From Catajapyx aquilonaris (taxonomy: Eukaryota): a stretch of 20,000 nucleotides of DNA. Numbering within the stretch: position 1 is the stretch's first letter; each line of letters opens with the position of its first letter. Positions 1-10,804 of this stretch are shown here, piece after piece. The notes beneath the pieces are model-generated. The model had not been told where the DNA came from and did no database searches. It saw only the letters and a list, made by a program, of their open reading frames with translations. Where the stretch lies: contig KZ538081.1 of NCBI GenBank assembly GCA_000934665.2, forward strand, positions 112,116-132,115. The letters are read 5' to 3'. The translations under genes and the position numbers were made by a program.

Positions 1-10
1 AGAGTCCATC

Positions 11-380
11 AAAGAGCGCAGGCGCAACTAAACAGAACACGTCACACGTTGGCGCATGCGTGTTCCCACCTACAAATCGAGATATATAACAACTTTTAGA
101 AAGGGACGTGACGTATAATGACGTTTCATAACGCACCAATCAGAGGCACGATCAGATGGGGCACTTGAAGCTTATTGGGCGCGAGGGATCGTGCCTCTGA
201 TTGGCGCTTTATGATACGTCATCATACGTCACGTCCCTTTTTGAAAGTGGTTGAGCTATACACATCGGGATCTATCAGAGAAAGAGCGCATGCGCGACTA
301 AACAAGATACGTCACACAAATGGGCGTTCCCACGTACAAATCGGGATATATCAGAGAAAGCGTGCAGGCGCGACTAAACC
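11..380. repeat. Degenerate ~75-bp direct repeat (about 2.3 copies) interrupted by a fold-back element
   Basis: AAAGAGCGCAnGCGCnACTAAACA..ACGTCACAC..GTTCCCAC.TACAAATCG.GATATAT at ~11-87 and ~281-351; a third partial copy (GCAGGCGCGACTAAAC) at ~356-380. Confidence 0.75.
88..252. mobile_element. Fold-back (palindromic) non-autonomous element, unclassified MITE-like
   Basis: Arms 88-153 and 187-252 are reverse complements (66 bp, 7 mismatches by hand alignment) around a 33-nt spacer; TATA-type flanks; no ORF. Confidence 0.7.
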
Positions 381-969
381 TGGTTGTACCTGGTGATATT
401 TCAAAGACAAAATTACTATGCCTAAGTATGACAATATGATTCAGAAATAATTCATTAACATAATTGCATTACAATTTCGTAGTATATATACAACTGGTCT
501 TCAACATAACCATTTCATATGACACCGCCTTGTAGGGAATTTTATGCACACAACCTGCTGACCCATTCAAAAAATATATATATTCACTTGGTACCAGAAA
601 CATAAAAACAATACACACGTGCCGACATCTTTACCGATATGGTGACAATTATGTAACATTATCCGTCAGACCAAACATTACACCGGTACCGTATTTGGAG
701 GCCTCAGGTCCTCCTACACGCACAAGCTAAAATGTCCATCAATCATGCCATGTAATCTTATGCCACGTCGCTGTCAGGGCCAGGGTAACACCGAAGCTTC
801 ATTTTGCATTGCGGAATTTTAGACGCCAACAAATCACAAAGCGTGTGGAAAAATTTTGCTTTAAAAAATGTGCATTAGCCTACTTTCTGCTGGTTTCCAT
901 TTGAAAATTTTCTTTCAAATTATCTCTAATAGAGTTGATACTGAATCGCACTCGTCAAACTGATGAGTT

Positions 970-1960
970 CAATTCCTTGTAGATTCCCCCAGGATTTCAC
1001 CCTAAGTTCTCAGGGTCACAATTCAGTGAATTCCCCTGCAAATCCTCCTGGTTCACTCCTGGATTCCCATGCGATTTCATCTGGTTTTCCAATCTATTAT
1101 TTCTTCTGATCTCTTCCTGTTCCTTCCGAACACCCTTCATATAATTATGTATTATCCCTGGATTCCCTCCACAATCCTCAAAAGATTATCTCTAGATTCC
1201 CTACTGAATCATTCCAGATTCGCAAAGGATTACCACGGATTTCTTCGGAATTCCACATGATTCATGGGATTGTCAATGATTTATGTAGAGACTTACGGGA
1301 ATTACGATGTGTATGGGATTTACACATGGATTTCTGGACAACGATTTCTAGATTACCACAGATTTCTTAGGAATTACACTGGATTTATGGGAATCTCCGA
1401 GGATTTATGTTTGTAGATACTTCAGGGATTTGTGAGGAGACATGAGATTTACGATGTGAATAATGAGATTTCTGGATTACCACAGATTTCTTCGGAATTC
1501 CACCGGACATATGGGATTGTCCAGGATTTATGTAGATATTTTAGGGATTTATGAGGAGATTTTATGACGTGAATAATGGAATTGGCACAGGAATTTCTGG
1601 CCACGGATTTTCGGGATTTCTTGATTACCACTGATTTCTTCGGAATTCTACGTACATGTACACATCATTTATGGTATATTGTCATTGATTTATGTATGTA
1701 GATATTTAAGGGATTTGTGAGGAAACTTATGAGATTTACGATGTGACTAATGGGATTTACACAGAGATTTCTGGCCAAGGGTTCGCCGGATTAATGATGT
1801 AGTTGTTACCCCCTCGGAATTCACTCCAGATTATTATTCATGGATTCCCTCCCAAGTCCTTCCAGATCCACCCTGGGACTCCTTTAAAATTCCCTGGAGC
1901 TTTTTCCCTGTTGTAAGGTGAACTTCCTATATAGTATTTCCTCTGGATTACCGCTGCACG
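970..1960. repeat. Degenerate GGATTT/GGAATTC-based satellite; core of four ~120-165-bp units at 1229-1790
   Basis: GATTACCACnGATTTCTTnGGAATT starts units at ~1229, 1351, 1476 and 1623; GATT/GAATT submotifs recur roughly every 11-13 bp across the region. Confidence 0.85.
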
Positions 1961-3089
1961 TGCCAGCCGAATACCAGGAATCATCAACTCCAAGCAGGCC
2001 ACGTGTCGTGGGCCTCAGCTCCACCGAAAGACATTGGCATATGATTCCAGATCTCCCGCTATCATCCACTTGTCAAAGGTCAATCCATATTGGTCGCGGG
2101 TTCAAGACGATCTAGAAAAGCGCCGTCCTTGATTTGCTACGGATAAAAATCCTGAAAGGTTCGTGACCTGTGCCCTTGAAAACGCCTCCCAAGGTGCTGC
2201 TGGTGCTGACAACCGATATTGCTACCGTATACCTCTCTCGTGTACATATCAAACGATAAGCAACGAAAACCCCTCTCATGTGACGCTGCCAAACTTGGAA
2301 CCCACAAGTCTCAGGTTTATAAAGGCGAGCCGTGACCTTCGCAAAAACGACTCAATCAGCGTTCTAATTACAACTCGCACCTCATGCTGTCATTTAATTA
2401 AGCGGCTTGAGAATCGTGCATTAAAAATACTGGGTGTGTGCAGAGGCCAGTACTATTTTTGGCCAGTACAAAGAGAGGCATACCGAAGGGTAAATCACTG
2501 GACAACATGTACTGACGTCAAAGCTGATTCCCTATAGATATATACCTGATGGGTCTATATCGTTTGTCCCGACATTTATGGCGTACTTGCATGGCACTGT
2601 CGAAGCCAACATATTTCCCTGTCACGCCAACACACCTTTCCCCACCTGCCTGCAGAGAAGGCATCGAAAACACGCCCCCCCTTATTCCAATGACTAATCT
2701 AGTCCAATTCGGGTTCAACAACAGCATAAACACCGACAGGCTGCGCAAACACTGCCGAGATAGGCTTGAAAGCTGCTGGTGATAAGCACTTTTGACGTGG
2801 GATATAAAAACCAGGTCATCGCTTTCTGCTCTCATCACCAGTGCAAATTCCCAGCCTTATCGTCACAGTGCCCCCAAAAAATTAATCACATTTAAAACAA
2901 AGTTAAGGCCGACATATTATCCGTATTCGTCAGAATTTACTCGGGATTCGCGGCATTATTACAAGCAAATTAATTGTTCATCCTGCCATCCACCAGAGGC
3001 GCTGGCTCCTCCCATTGCGCACGCGCAGAATGGGGCCAATGGGAAGACTCACACAAACACCACGACTAGGATTTTAATATCATTGTAAA

Positions 3090-3140
3090 CTAGAAAAATC
3101 CGCTTCCCTCGCGTTTTTCTAGGCTTGCGGTCTGCGGTGG
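3090..3140 (-). mobile_element. Possible Helitron-like 3' terminus
   Basis: Minus strand reads CCGC...GCGG-ATTTTT-CTAG-T; also a 9-bp inverted repeat CTAGAAAAA/TTTTTCTAG (3090-3122). No 5' end identified. Confidence 0.3.
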
Positions 3141-3856
3141 GCTGTTGTTGCATTGGCTAATGTTGTTGTTTAGAGGCTTCCCACGCGCAAACTTGGCCCT
3201 ATGCACTGCCAACACGAGGTTAGTTAAAAAGACAAAAAGAGTGTCGGACGTCACACAAAGTCGGGGCCAATAGCCGCACACCTGTTCCTGATTCTAGCTC
3301 CGGGGGGGTCTACGGCGGCGATAGTATTTCCGCCCAACCCCAATTCTGGGGATAGCCTGATGTGGGGCCACTCACCCCCAGCACACGCAACACCTGCACC
3401 CTCAGATTAAGCCCTTATGCAACATGTGCGGGGGGTACACGCCCATTTGGATCCCAGTATATACTCTCGCGATGCCTCACCCTGTACTACAGTGCACCCC
3501 AAAATATTGTCGCAGTGAGTGGCAGGGGGGTTGCTTCACGGTCTGTCGATCTGTAATCAGCCGGAAGCTGAGATATGTGGGTCACACAATAATTCCATCC
3601 CGGATCCCTTTCTCCTCCGGCTTCATCCTTATGGGGGGTGCCAGTCTCATTAAGTGTTATCGGCTCCACTGTTTTGTCAGCCGGGCCACTGTCAAGTTTA
3701 CCACGGTTTACTCGCTCATCCTGAAAGTCACGCCTCCATCACGACAGGACAGCATCGCATGTGGATCACAACATCCAGGATAAACCTTGTACAGCGATCG
3801 TCAATCAGTAAATTTTTCAAGACAATTTGAGCAAGAATTGCGTTTTATAAAAGCAC

Positions 3857-4065
3857 AAAATAATCAATTTGGTGATTAATAAAATAATCAATTTGGTGAT
3901 CAATAAAATAAACAATTTGATGATTAATGAAATTAACAATTTGATTGTTAATAAAACTTAAAACTTTGATTGTTAGTAAAATAAAAACTGTGATAATTAA
4001 GAAAATTGGCAATTTGATAACTAATAAAAAATTAGCAATTTGATAGTTAATAAATTAACTAATTT
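3857..4065. repeat. AT-rich 24-bp minisatellite, about 8-9 copies
   Basis: Unit AAAATAATCAATTTGGTGATTAAT, progressively diverging to the right. Confidence 0.9.
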
Positions 4066-5363
4066 AACATGACGATTCAACCAAACTTCTCCATATATTC
4101 ACAGACAATATTTTTATAGGCCAAACAAAAGTGTAAACATACATTGGAATCTCCATTCCGCATATGCTCATCTCATTCACCACAAGCCACAACAAAGGAG
4201 ACCGTGACCTGCTCCAGTGTGGACTAAACAATGCAGATTAACAACAAGGAGAGAGAAAAAAAAATTCGGGTTCAAGAAGTTGTGTCTATGCCTGGAGCTA
4301 TATAAGCAATCTTTGGAGAGTGCAGGTCATGGCTTCCAATTTGAAACAATGTGTTATCGACTCTTGAATGAATGGAGAGACACACGAGTGCTCGAGAGAA
4401 GTAGGTCGGACCTATACACGTGTGCAATGTCTGACGAAACTCTTCAGCAACTTAGCCAGACTGAAAGCGGACTACAAATAGTCCGTAATTTTAATTGCCA
4501 GACATTTTAATGCGTTTCATTCAAAAAATGGCCCTCACCAGTGAATTCCAGCTGAGTGGATGCAAGGCCTTTTAAAAACTCAGAAACCCGACTTTAATTA
4601 AATCCGCCTTACAATTCGCTCATTACACCTTAATTCCGCTGATCTACCTCGTTGAAAGGGTTCAAATTATTTCGCTCTTACATCACTTGAAATGGCACTC
4701 ATCTCTTTTGGCCAATCAACTTCCAATTCACTCAATAATTCTAAGCACTTGTTACAACATATGGGAGGATAAATGATCCATATATGGATCAGGATGTAGA
4801 TAAAAATATCTTGCTCAATTTATCCTTATCCACCTCACATTGTGACAACGCAGCATAGTTTCCTCGCAATTTAACCCATATATATTCTTCAACAATTACA
4901 AAGTAGGCTATAAGTTCAGAAATTGGGATTTAGTATTTAGAAATACATACAGAAGTTAGATTTTTAGTTATTGTTACTTTTCCATTTTATTATAAAAAGA
5001 CAAAAATTAGCAATTAGCCATATATAATTGAGAAATAAATCTAAAAAATAATAATTCGCGCCTATTTTGACCATCCATCAGGAACAGTTGCAATATTTGT
5101 GTCACGCGCGTTCACAAGTTCAATCCCAAAATCTGAAATGACATTTGCAATTTCATCATACACAGTAGAAGTCATAAGGTCACCCTAACCTGGAGCGGAA
5201 AATGCGCGTTACTCCTCCATATGATTTATAAGCGTTCCTTGAAGGTAAAGGTCGAGCGTGAGAAAACTTAATCAACTTATTATGGCACGAAGCATGACAC
5301 CCATTTTTTTCTGCAAAATTTTGCACACACAAAATTTGGCAACTCCCCCCCCCCTCCAAAAAA

Positions 5364-5607
5364 NNNNNNNNNNNNNNNNNNNNNNNNNNNNNNNNNNNNN
5401 NNNNNNNNNNNNNNNNNNNNNNNNNNNNNNNNNNNNNNNNNNNNNNNNNNNNNNNNNNNNNNNNNNNNNNNNNNNNNNNNNNNNNNNNNNNNNNNNNNNN
5501 NNNNNNNNNNNNNNNNNNNNNNNNNNNNNNNNNNNNNNNNNNNNNNNNNNNNNNNNNNNNNNNNNNNNNNNNNNNNNNNNNNNNNNNNNNNNNNNNNNNN
5601 NNNNNNN
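5364..5607. other. Assembly gap (244 N) flanked by poly-C tracts
   Basis: Run of N with C homopolymers on both sides. Confidence 1.
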
Positions 5608-5967
5608 CCCCCCCCCCCTCCCACATCACCTCCATCTCACCCTATAGAGCTCTACACCACCAACCACCACCACCACCCCCAGCTTTGCAGAAGAAACTTT
5701 CGCCATATGCCACTCCCATATACACTGAGAGGGAGGCCATATTGCATGATTAACCAGGCTCCTCATTTTTTTCTCCCTAGAAACAATTTTGTTTCAAGCT
5801 TATGTCACGAGATTCGAGAGATGGGACGCCCACACACGCTGCCATGAAAATGACATTGATAACAACAACAACAATAACAAAAATAATAGTAACACATACA
5901 TACATATCTACATGGCATTGTCCTAAAGATGAAGATGATGATGATGATGATAATAAATTATTTCATA

Positions 5968-6072
5968 CTAGCAGTGGAGCCCGTTCTTCGCACGGCCTGT
6001 TTCCATGGCAAGATGTTGCCATGATAACCCTGTTGGCATGGGCAAACAAACTTTCCCTTATATACTAGTATT
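5968..6072 (-). mobile_element. Short non-autonomous Helitron (Lep1-like architecture)
   Basis: Minus strand: ATACTAGTATATAAGGGAAAGTTTGTTTG ... GGCCGTGCGAAGAACGGGC (subterminal hairpin) TCCACTG CTAG|T. The 3' CTAG, hairpin about 10 nt upstream and following T are Helitron hallmarks; the 5' TC is not clearly retained. Confidence 0.7.
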
Positions 6073-6085
6073 CTAATGTAAGAAG

Positions 6086-6179
6086 ATTATTATATTATTA
6101 AACATTATTGCTCTAATATTAGTGTACATTACGAAATATTATTAAATTACATTACGAAATATTATTATTATTGCATTGC

Positions 6180-6245
<66 letters not shown>

Positions 6246-6550
6246 TACGAAATATTTATTGCCATTGTTGCATTACTAAATATTAATGCCGTATGATCCT
6301 ACTAATATTATTAAATACCGTATGATCCTACTAATATTAAATACCGTATTATCTGACTAATATTAAATACCGTATTATCTGACTAATAATATTATTGGAT
6401 ATTATCTGACTAATATTATTATTGTTGATATAATCTGACTAATATTATTATTGATATTATCTGACTAATATTATTATTATTGACATTAGCTGACTAATAA
6501 TATTATTATTAAATATTTACTAATACAGTAGCATTATTAAATATTATTTT
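6086..6550. repeat. (TTA)n microsatellite (pure run ~6180-6242) grading into an ATTATCTGACTAATATT-type minisatellite
   Basis: Direct reading; ~25-28-bp units containing CTACTAATA/TGACTAATA from ~6290 to 6530. Confidence 0.95.
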
Positions 6551-6556
6551 ACTAAA

Positions 6557-6757
6557 CAGTTGAATCCGGATAAAACAGACTTCAAGGGATCCAGAATATC
6601 AGTATGTTATAACCGAGGTCTGTTATAGCGGAGGTGAGGTGAAAATGAGTCTGTTATATCAGGAGTAAAAAATACACATGGCTTAAATGGAAGTTTGCCG
6701 GGGCCAACCTTCAAGTCTGTTATAACCGAATGTCTGTTACAGCCGAGGATTCAAATG
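6557..6757. mobile_element. pogo/Tigger-like MITE (Tc1/mariner superfamily)
   Basis: TIRs CAGTTGAATCC / GGATTCAAATG (1 mismatch); TA on the right, AA on the left (probably mutated TA); repeated subterminal TCTGTTATAACCGA-like motifs. Confidence 0.75.
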
Positions 6758-6789
6758 TATATTATTATTGTATTATGATCACCATCATC

Positions 6790-6977
6790 TCCAGGGATTC
6801 ATCCTTTATTAAATCCCAATTTAATTCAATGTTCAATGATGGTGGCACGTGTTTGGTTGAAGAGAGAGTGACAGCTCTTCACTTGGCGGGGTGGAGCAAC
6901 CGTGCCTGCGCACATATCGTCGGTTTCATTATCAGTCTTTCACATTTGAGTTAAAAATATCTACCATGTTCTAGCAT
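6790..6977 (-). ncRNA. Putative 3'-terminal exon of a minus-strand spliced transcript
   Basis: Strong acceptor tttttttttccttcacAG|ATG at 6979-6977; AATAAA at 6810-6805; all three frames stop within 9 codons. Confidence 0.45.
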
Positions 6978-7647
6978 CTGTGAAGGAAAAAAAATATATA
7001 TCAATTTTTCGCACCTGGATTTGCATAAGTCGGACAACACGACGAGCAGCGTAAATCAATCTCGAAAGGATCTATTTTCGATTGCACAGCTGCAATATTT
7101 AGTGGAAGTTGTTTCTTATCATGTCATTTGATTTAAAATGGTCAGTATTCGCAATTTTGCACACACAAAAAAAATCATGAAGTTTCCTGCGGCGATTTTA
7201 ATCGGAAAAATGTGCAAAAATGCTCTCAATAGCTGCTGAACAGACATGGACAAAACTGAGTTTCATTTGTCGATCTCACATCATTGAGCATTTTCAAAAG
7301 TGCTCATGTACTGGTCATAAAAATAACACCTGCAAAAATAATAAGCAAGGCCCAGACGCACAAAGGGCCAGCCTGACACGGTGTGGGGGCATCCCGAATT
7401 CCAATAATTATACGACCATTGACGCGCCCCATAATTCCTGGTCCCAAGGCCTCATTAAACGGCTAGAACCTGTTGCACGGAAAACAGGTTGCATTTCCGT
7501 CCTTCAAGCCAACCATTTCCCAGCGGATGCAGGGTGACATGTGAAGCTGTCTCCTCTGCACGCACGCACAATGCAACCCCCCCACATGTGGAATCAGAAA
7601 TTGCTTTCAAGCAATACTGGTGTAATACTTTCTCACAAAGTCCAACT

Positions 7648-7917
7648 GGCAAAATTTGGCAACACTGCCAGACCCCTCTTGGACTTGAACGTAGTACGAT
7701 AGGCCACTACCAGATGGTGCACATTTCCCTATCTGCACAGTACTGCCATGGTGGTATCTACAGCAACTACATGCACGTTGGTGATGAGTCAACGCTTGTA
7801 GGGACAGATGGCGCGCATCCTCACTCTCTGCACACTATTGCCACCAAGTGGTAACTACATGCACGTTGGTGATGAGTCAACGAGTAGGGACAAAGTCACG
7901 CCTAGCCATTTCTACAT
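7648..7917. repeat. Modular repeat block, copy 1 (related to 8797-9455)
   Basis: Shares AAAATTTGGCAACACTGCC, CGTAGTACGATA, CAGATGGCRCGCATCCTC.CTCTCTGCACACTA and ATGCACGTTGGTGATGAGTCAACG with the 8.8-9.45 kb block. Confidence 0.85.
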
Positions 7918-8796
7918 ATGATCGTTAAGTCCGATCGCATCAAATCTCAATTTCAGTTATTTTTAATCGGGTTTGCCGCAGTTATTCAAGTAACAGACCT
8001 AACTATACATCCGCTCCAAAGCTGCAGCGCGTCAACACAACAATAACAATGTGTTATTACGCAGTCCTTGCGAAAACCACTTTGTACATCAGTCGTGAGT
8101 AACTGGTTGCGATGTTCCGCGAATGGGATATGAGCTGCCTCCAATTACAGCCAATTAAACTGCCTCGCTCGGTGTATGATGTTGATAAACAGCGCGCCAT
8201 TATCTTCGTACGCTGTCCTGTCTCTATGATGACTTTCCGGTCAACAATATATGTCGCAACATGGAGGGGGGTTGTTGCCCAACAACTTAGACAGAAGGTG
8301 TATCCAATTAATGAATAACTCATCAGAAATGTTAAGCGGTCTCTGCGTAAATGATGTCAATATGTGACACTAACTCTCTGAAATTAATTGAAGGAAATTC
8401 CCATTGAGCCTAGCATCAGAAGATAAAATTTTGATGATAAAAAAATTCAGTTTTTTTGTACCAGACTGTACGACTTTTCCAGTAGGTGACTAAACTATCG
8501 AGTGAGAGGCACATTCCCAAAATATGCCTGAGGAGACACTTCCCTCACCCCCTCGTGGCTCTCAATCTGACCCGACACCGCTGATGACACCGTAATATTA
8601 CACCTCGGAAGTGACGTCATACTCCATGACTCTCCAAACGCTGACAACCTCACATTTCGCTAAGGGGTCATACCGACAGGAAATTGCGACAAAATTGCTT
8701 CAAAACATAACATCGCGGCAGCAGTGCCACATCCGAACCGAAATGGGAACAAAATGGGTACGAATTTATTTATTTACCAGATGTGAACTCATTGGG

Positions 8797-9455
8797 AAAA
8801 AATTTGGCAACACTGCCCGGCCCCCACTTGGCCGTAGTACGATATTCAACAACCAGATGGCACGCATCCTCCCTCTCTGCACACTACTGCCACTACACGT
8901 GGTAACTGTAACTACAAGAACGTATGGAATGAGTCACCCCTAGACATTTCTATATACCGGTATCACTAGACCAGATGCACGTTGGTGATGAGTCAACGCC
9001 TGTAGGGACAAAGTCACGCCTAGTCGTTTCTACACATCACTAGATGCACGTTGGTGAGGAGTCAACGCGCATAAGGACAAAGTCAGGCCTAGTCGATTCT
9101 ATGTATCACTAGATGCACGTTGGTGATGAGTCAACGCCTGTAGGGACAAAGTCACGCCTAGTCGTTTCTACATATCACTAGATGCACGTTGGTGATGAGT
9201 CAACGCGTGTAAGGACAAAGTCACGCCTAGTCGATTCTATGTATCCACTAGATGCACGTTGGTGATGAGTCCACATGTAAAGGGTCATGCCAAATTTTGG
9301 CAACACTGCCTGCCCCCCTCCCCCACTTGGACGTAGTACAGTATGCCACTTGCCACCACCACTTGGCGCATAGGCTGTCCCTCTGTACACTACTGCCCCT
9401 CTCAGAGAGCAAGTATACTACATGCACATTGGTGACGAGTCACTGCGCGGACAAA
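8797..9455. repeat. Modular repeat block containing a 69-bp tandem array (8971-9271, about 4.3 copies)
   Basis: Unit CTAGATGCACGTTGGTGATGAGTCAACGCCTGTAGGGACAAAGTCACGCCTAGTCGTTTCTACATATCA; starts at 8971, 9040, 9109, 9178 and 9248; flanked on both sides by the TTTGGCAACACTGCC module. Confidence 0.92.
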
Positions 9456-9950
9456 GCCCACCAGGGTGCTCTAACCAGCACGTCTAGCCTCCATTGAAGT
9501 GGGTCCCACCCTGTCTAACCGCCATGTCCTCTAAATGGTTGAACAGGGAAAGTGAAAAACTATGGAAACTACTTCCTATGCGATGAGTCAACACGGATAA
9601 ACTTGTGGACGGAGAGAATAAGGGGATTAGTAGTATGATCGGTTTGTTTGTTGTTAACTGGCATGTTTTGTGGTCGTTAGAGTGTCTCTGGTCCTCGACA
9701 TTTTCGACGTGTCGTTTGGAGCTGGAACCAGGTGTTGCTAGCACCACCGACAAACAACCCAGGCATTATTAGCATCAACATCAGGATTTATTATTGCCGG
9801 TGACGCCCGCCACTATTCCTCGAAGCAGACTTAATAAGGTCCGTCGCAGAATAACACGACAGAGGTCGCCAACGTGAAGGACAACCAAATCCGTCGTTTG
9901 TCCCAACCATTGCATCAGGTCACCCTTATTCTCGTAGGGGTGACTTTGAG

Positions 9951-9952
<2 letters not shown>

Positions 9953-9999
<47 letters not shown>
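9953..9999. repeat. (CT)n microsatellite
   Basis: About 23 perfect CT units. Confidence 0.98.
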
Positions 10000-10007
<8 letters not shown>

Positions 10008-10189
10008 TGCCAAAGAATCCTGATCTCTGTTGCAGCTTTGACATGACGCGCGCATAGCCAAGGAGCGTCCGTGTCCTCGCCTAATGAAGCTGGGACCATC
10101 CTCTCTCTCTCCTCATTTGCCTATCTCCTTGTCTACATCACATGCGGCGGATGCTGCTTCAATCATGAGAATCGGGTCATCGCCATGTA

Positions 10190-10287
10190 CAGGGTGGTCC
10201 AACTTCTATATAGCATAAGGCCTTAGGGGCAAAGAATATGCACTTCCATATTATATAGCCACGGACGTGACATTATGAAACACCCTG
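10190..10287. mobile_element. 98-bp Tc1/mariner-type MITE
   Basis: TA|CAGGGTG ... CACCCTG|TA; duplicated TA target within a palindromic ATGTACAT site. Confidence 0.7.
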
Positions 10288-10741
10288 TACATCACCGGCG
10301 ACAGACAAAAGCTTAGAGAATCAGCAGCAGCCTACATTTGAGGCTGATCGACGTCAATGCATTCCACCTTGAGAAGCTATCGAGGAGACTCTTGCGACAC
10401 CCAAATGCTAATAACTGGGGCAAACGCGACTATCGCTCACTATCACGTACACACTATCGCAAATGAAATAAATAGTACAGACACAGCATCGAAAAAAAAC
10501 CCACCTTGTCATAGGCACCAAACTAATTCGAAAATTGATTATTAAGGACCGGTTGCACCAACTCCAGGAAACATTTTTCTTGCTCTTTTCCAGCCGGAAA
10601 AAAAAAGTTTTCTTGATGGCCACAACCTGCCTTTATGTCCACGAGTGTGCCAGTGCCCTCATTAGGACCGAGGTACAAGAAAGCTTGTAAACCTCTCAAA
10701 CAAATCGTTTCAAAATTGTTAAGCTGACCAGCTCACCAATT

Positions 10742-10804
10742 TCTATAGTATATAAGTAACGTTTGTTTGTTTGTTCTGGCTGATGGTGTTATGCTTGTGG
10801 CTAG
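10742..10804 (+). mobile_element. Helitron 5' fragment related to 5968-6072
   Basis: TCTATAGTATATAAG-TAAC-GTTTGTTTGTTTG begins with TC and matches the 5' motif of the 5968-6072 element; CTAG-T at 10801-10805 but no clear hairpin. Confidence 0.45.

Noticed and set aside
2163..3783. Several 100-124 aa ORFs on both strands
   Set aside because: Overlapping, with no domain similarity, no codon bias and no convincing splice structure.
5180..5647. ORFs spanning the N gap
   Set aside because: Artefacts of translating through Ns.
6006..6025. miR-31-like TGGCAAGATGTTG
   Set aside because: Part of a short palindrome inside the Helitron; the 3' half diverges and there is no precursor hairpin.
8971..9271. 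Functional hammerhead ribozyme / retrozyme array
   Set aside because: The core reads GUGAUGA..GAC-AAAG instead of CUGAUGA..GAAA, and I could not build stems I and III. Other CTGATGA sites (960, 8581, 15845, 19108 and the minus-strand ones) lack a matching stem II plus GAAA.
9606..9626. miR-184-like sequence TGGACGGAGAGAATAAGGGG
   Set aside because: The first 10 nt match but there is an internal deletion and no local complementary arm for a pre-miRNA.
9709..9752. miR-29-seed (TAGCACCA) hairpin
   Set aside because: The stem is short and bulged with a 5-nt loop; there is no similarity beyond the seed.
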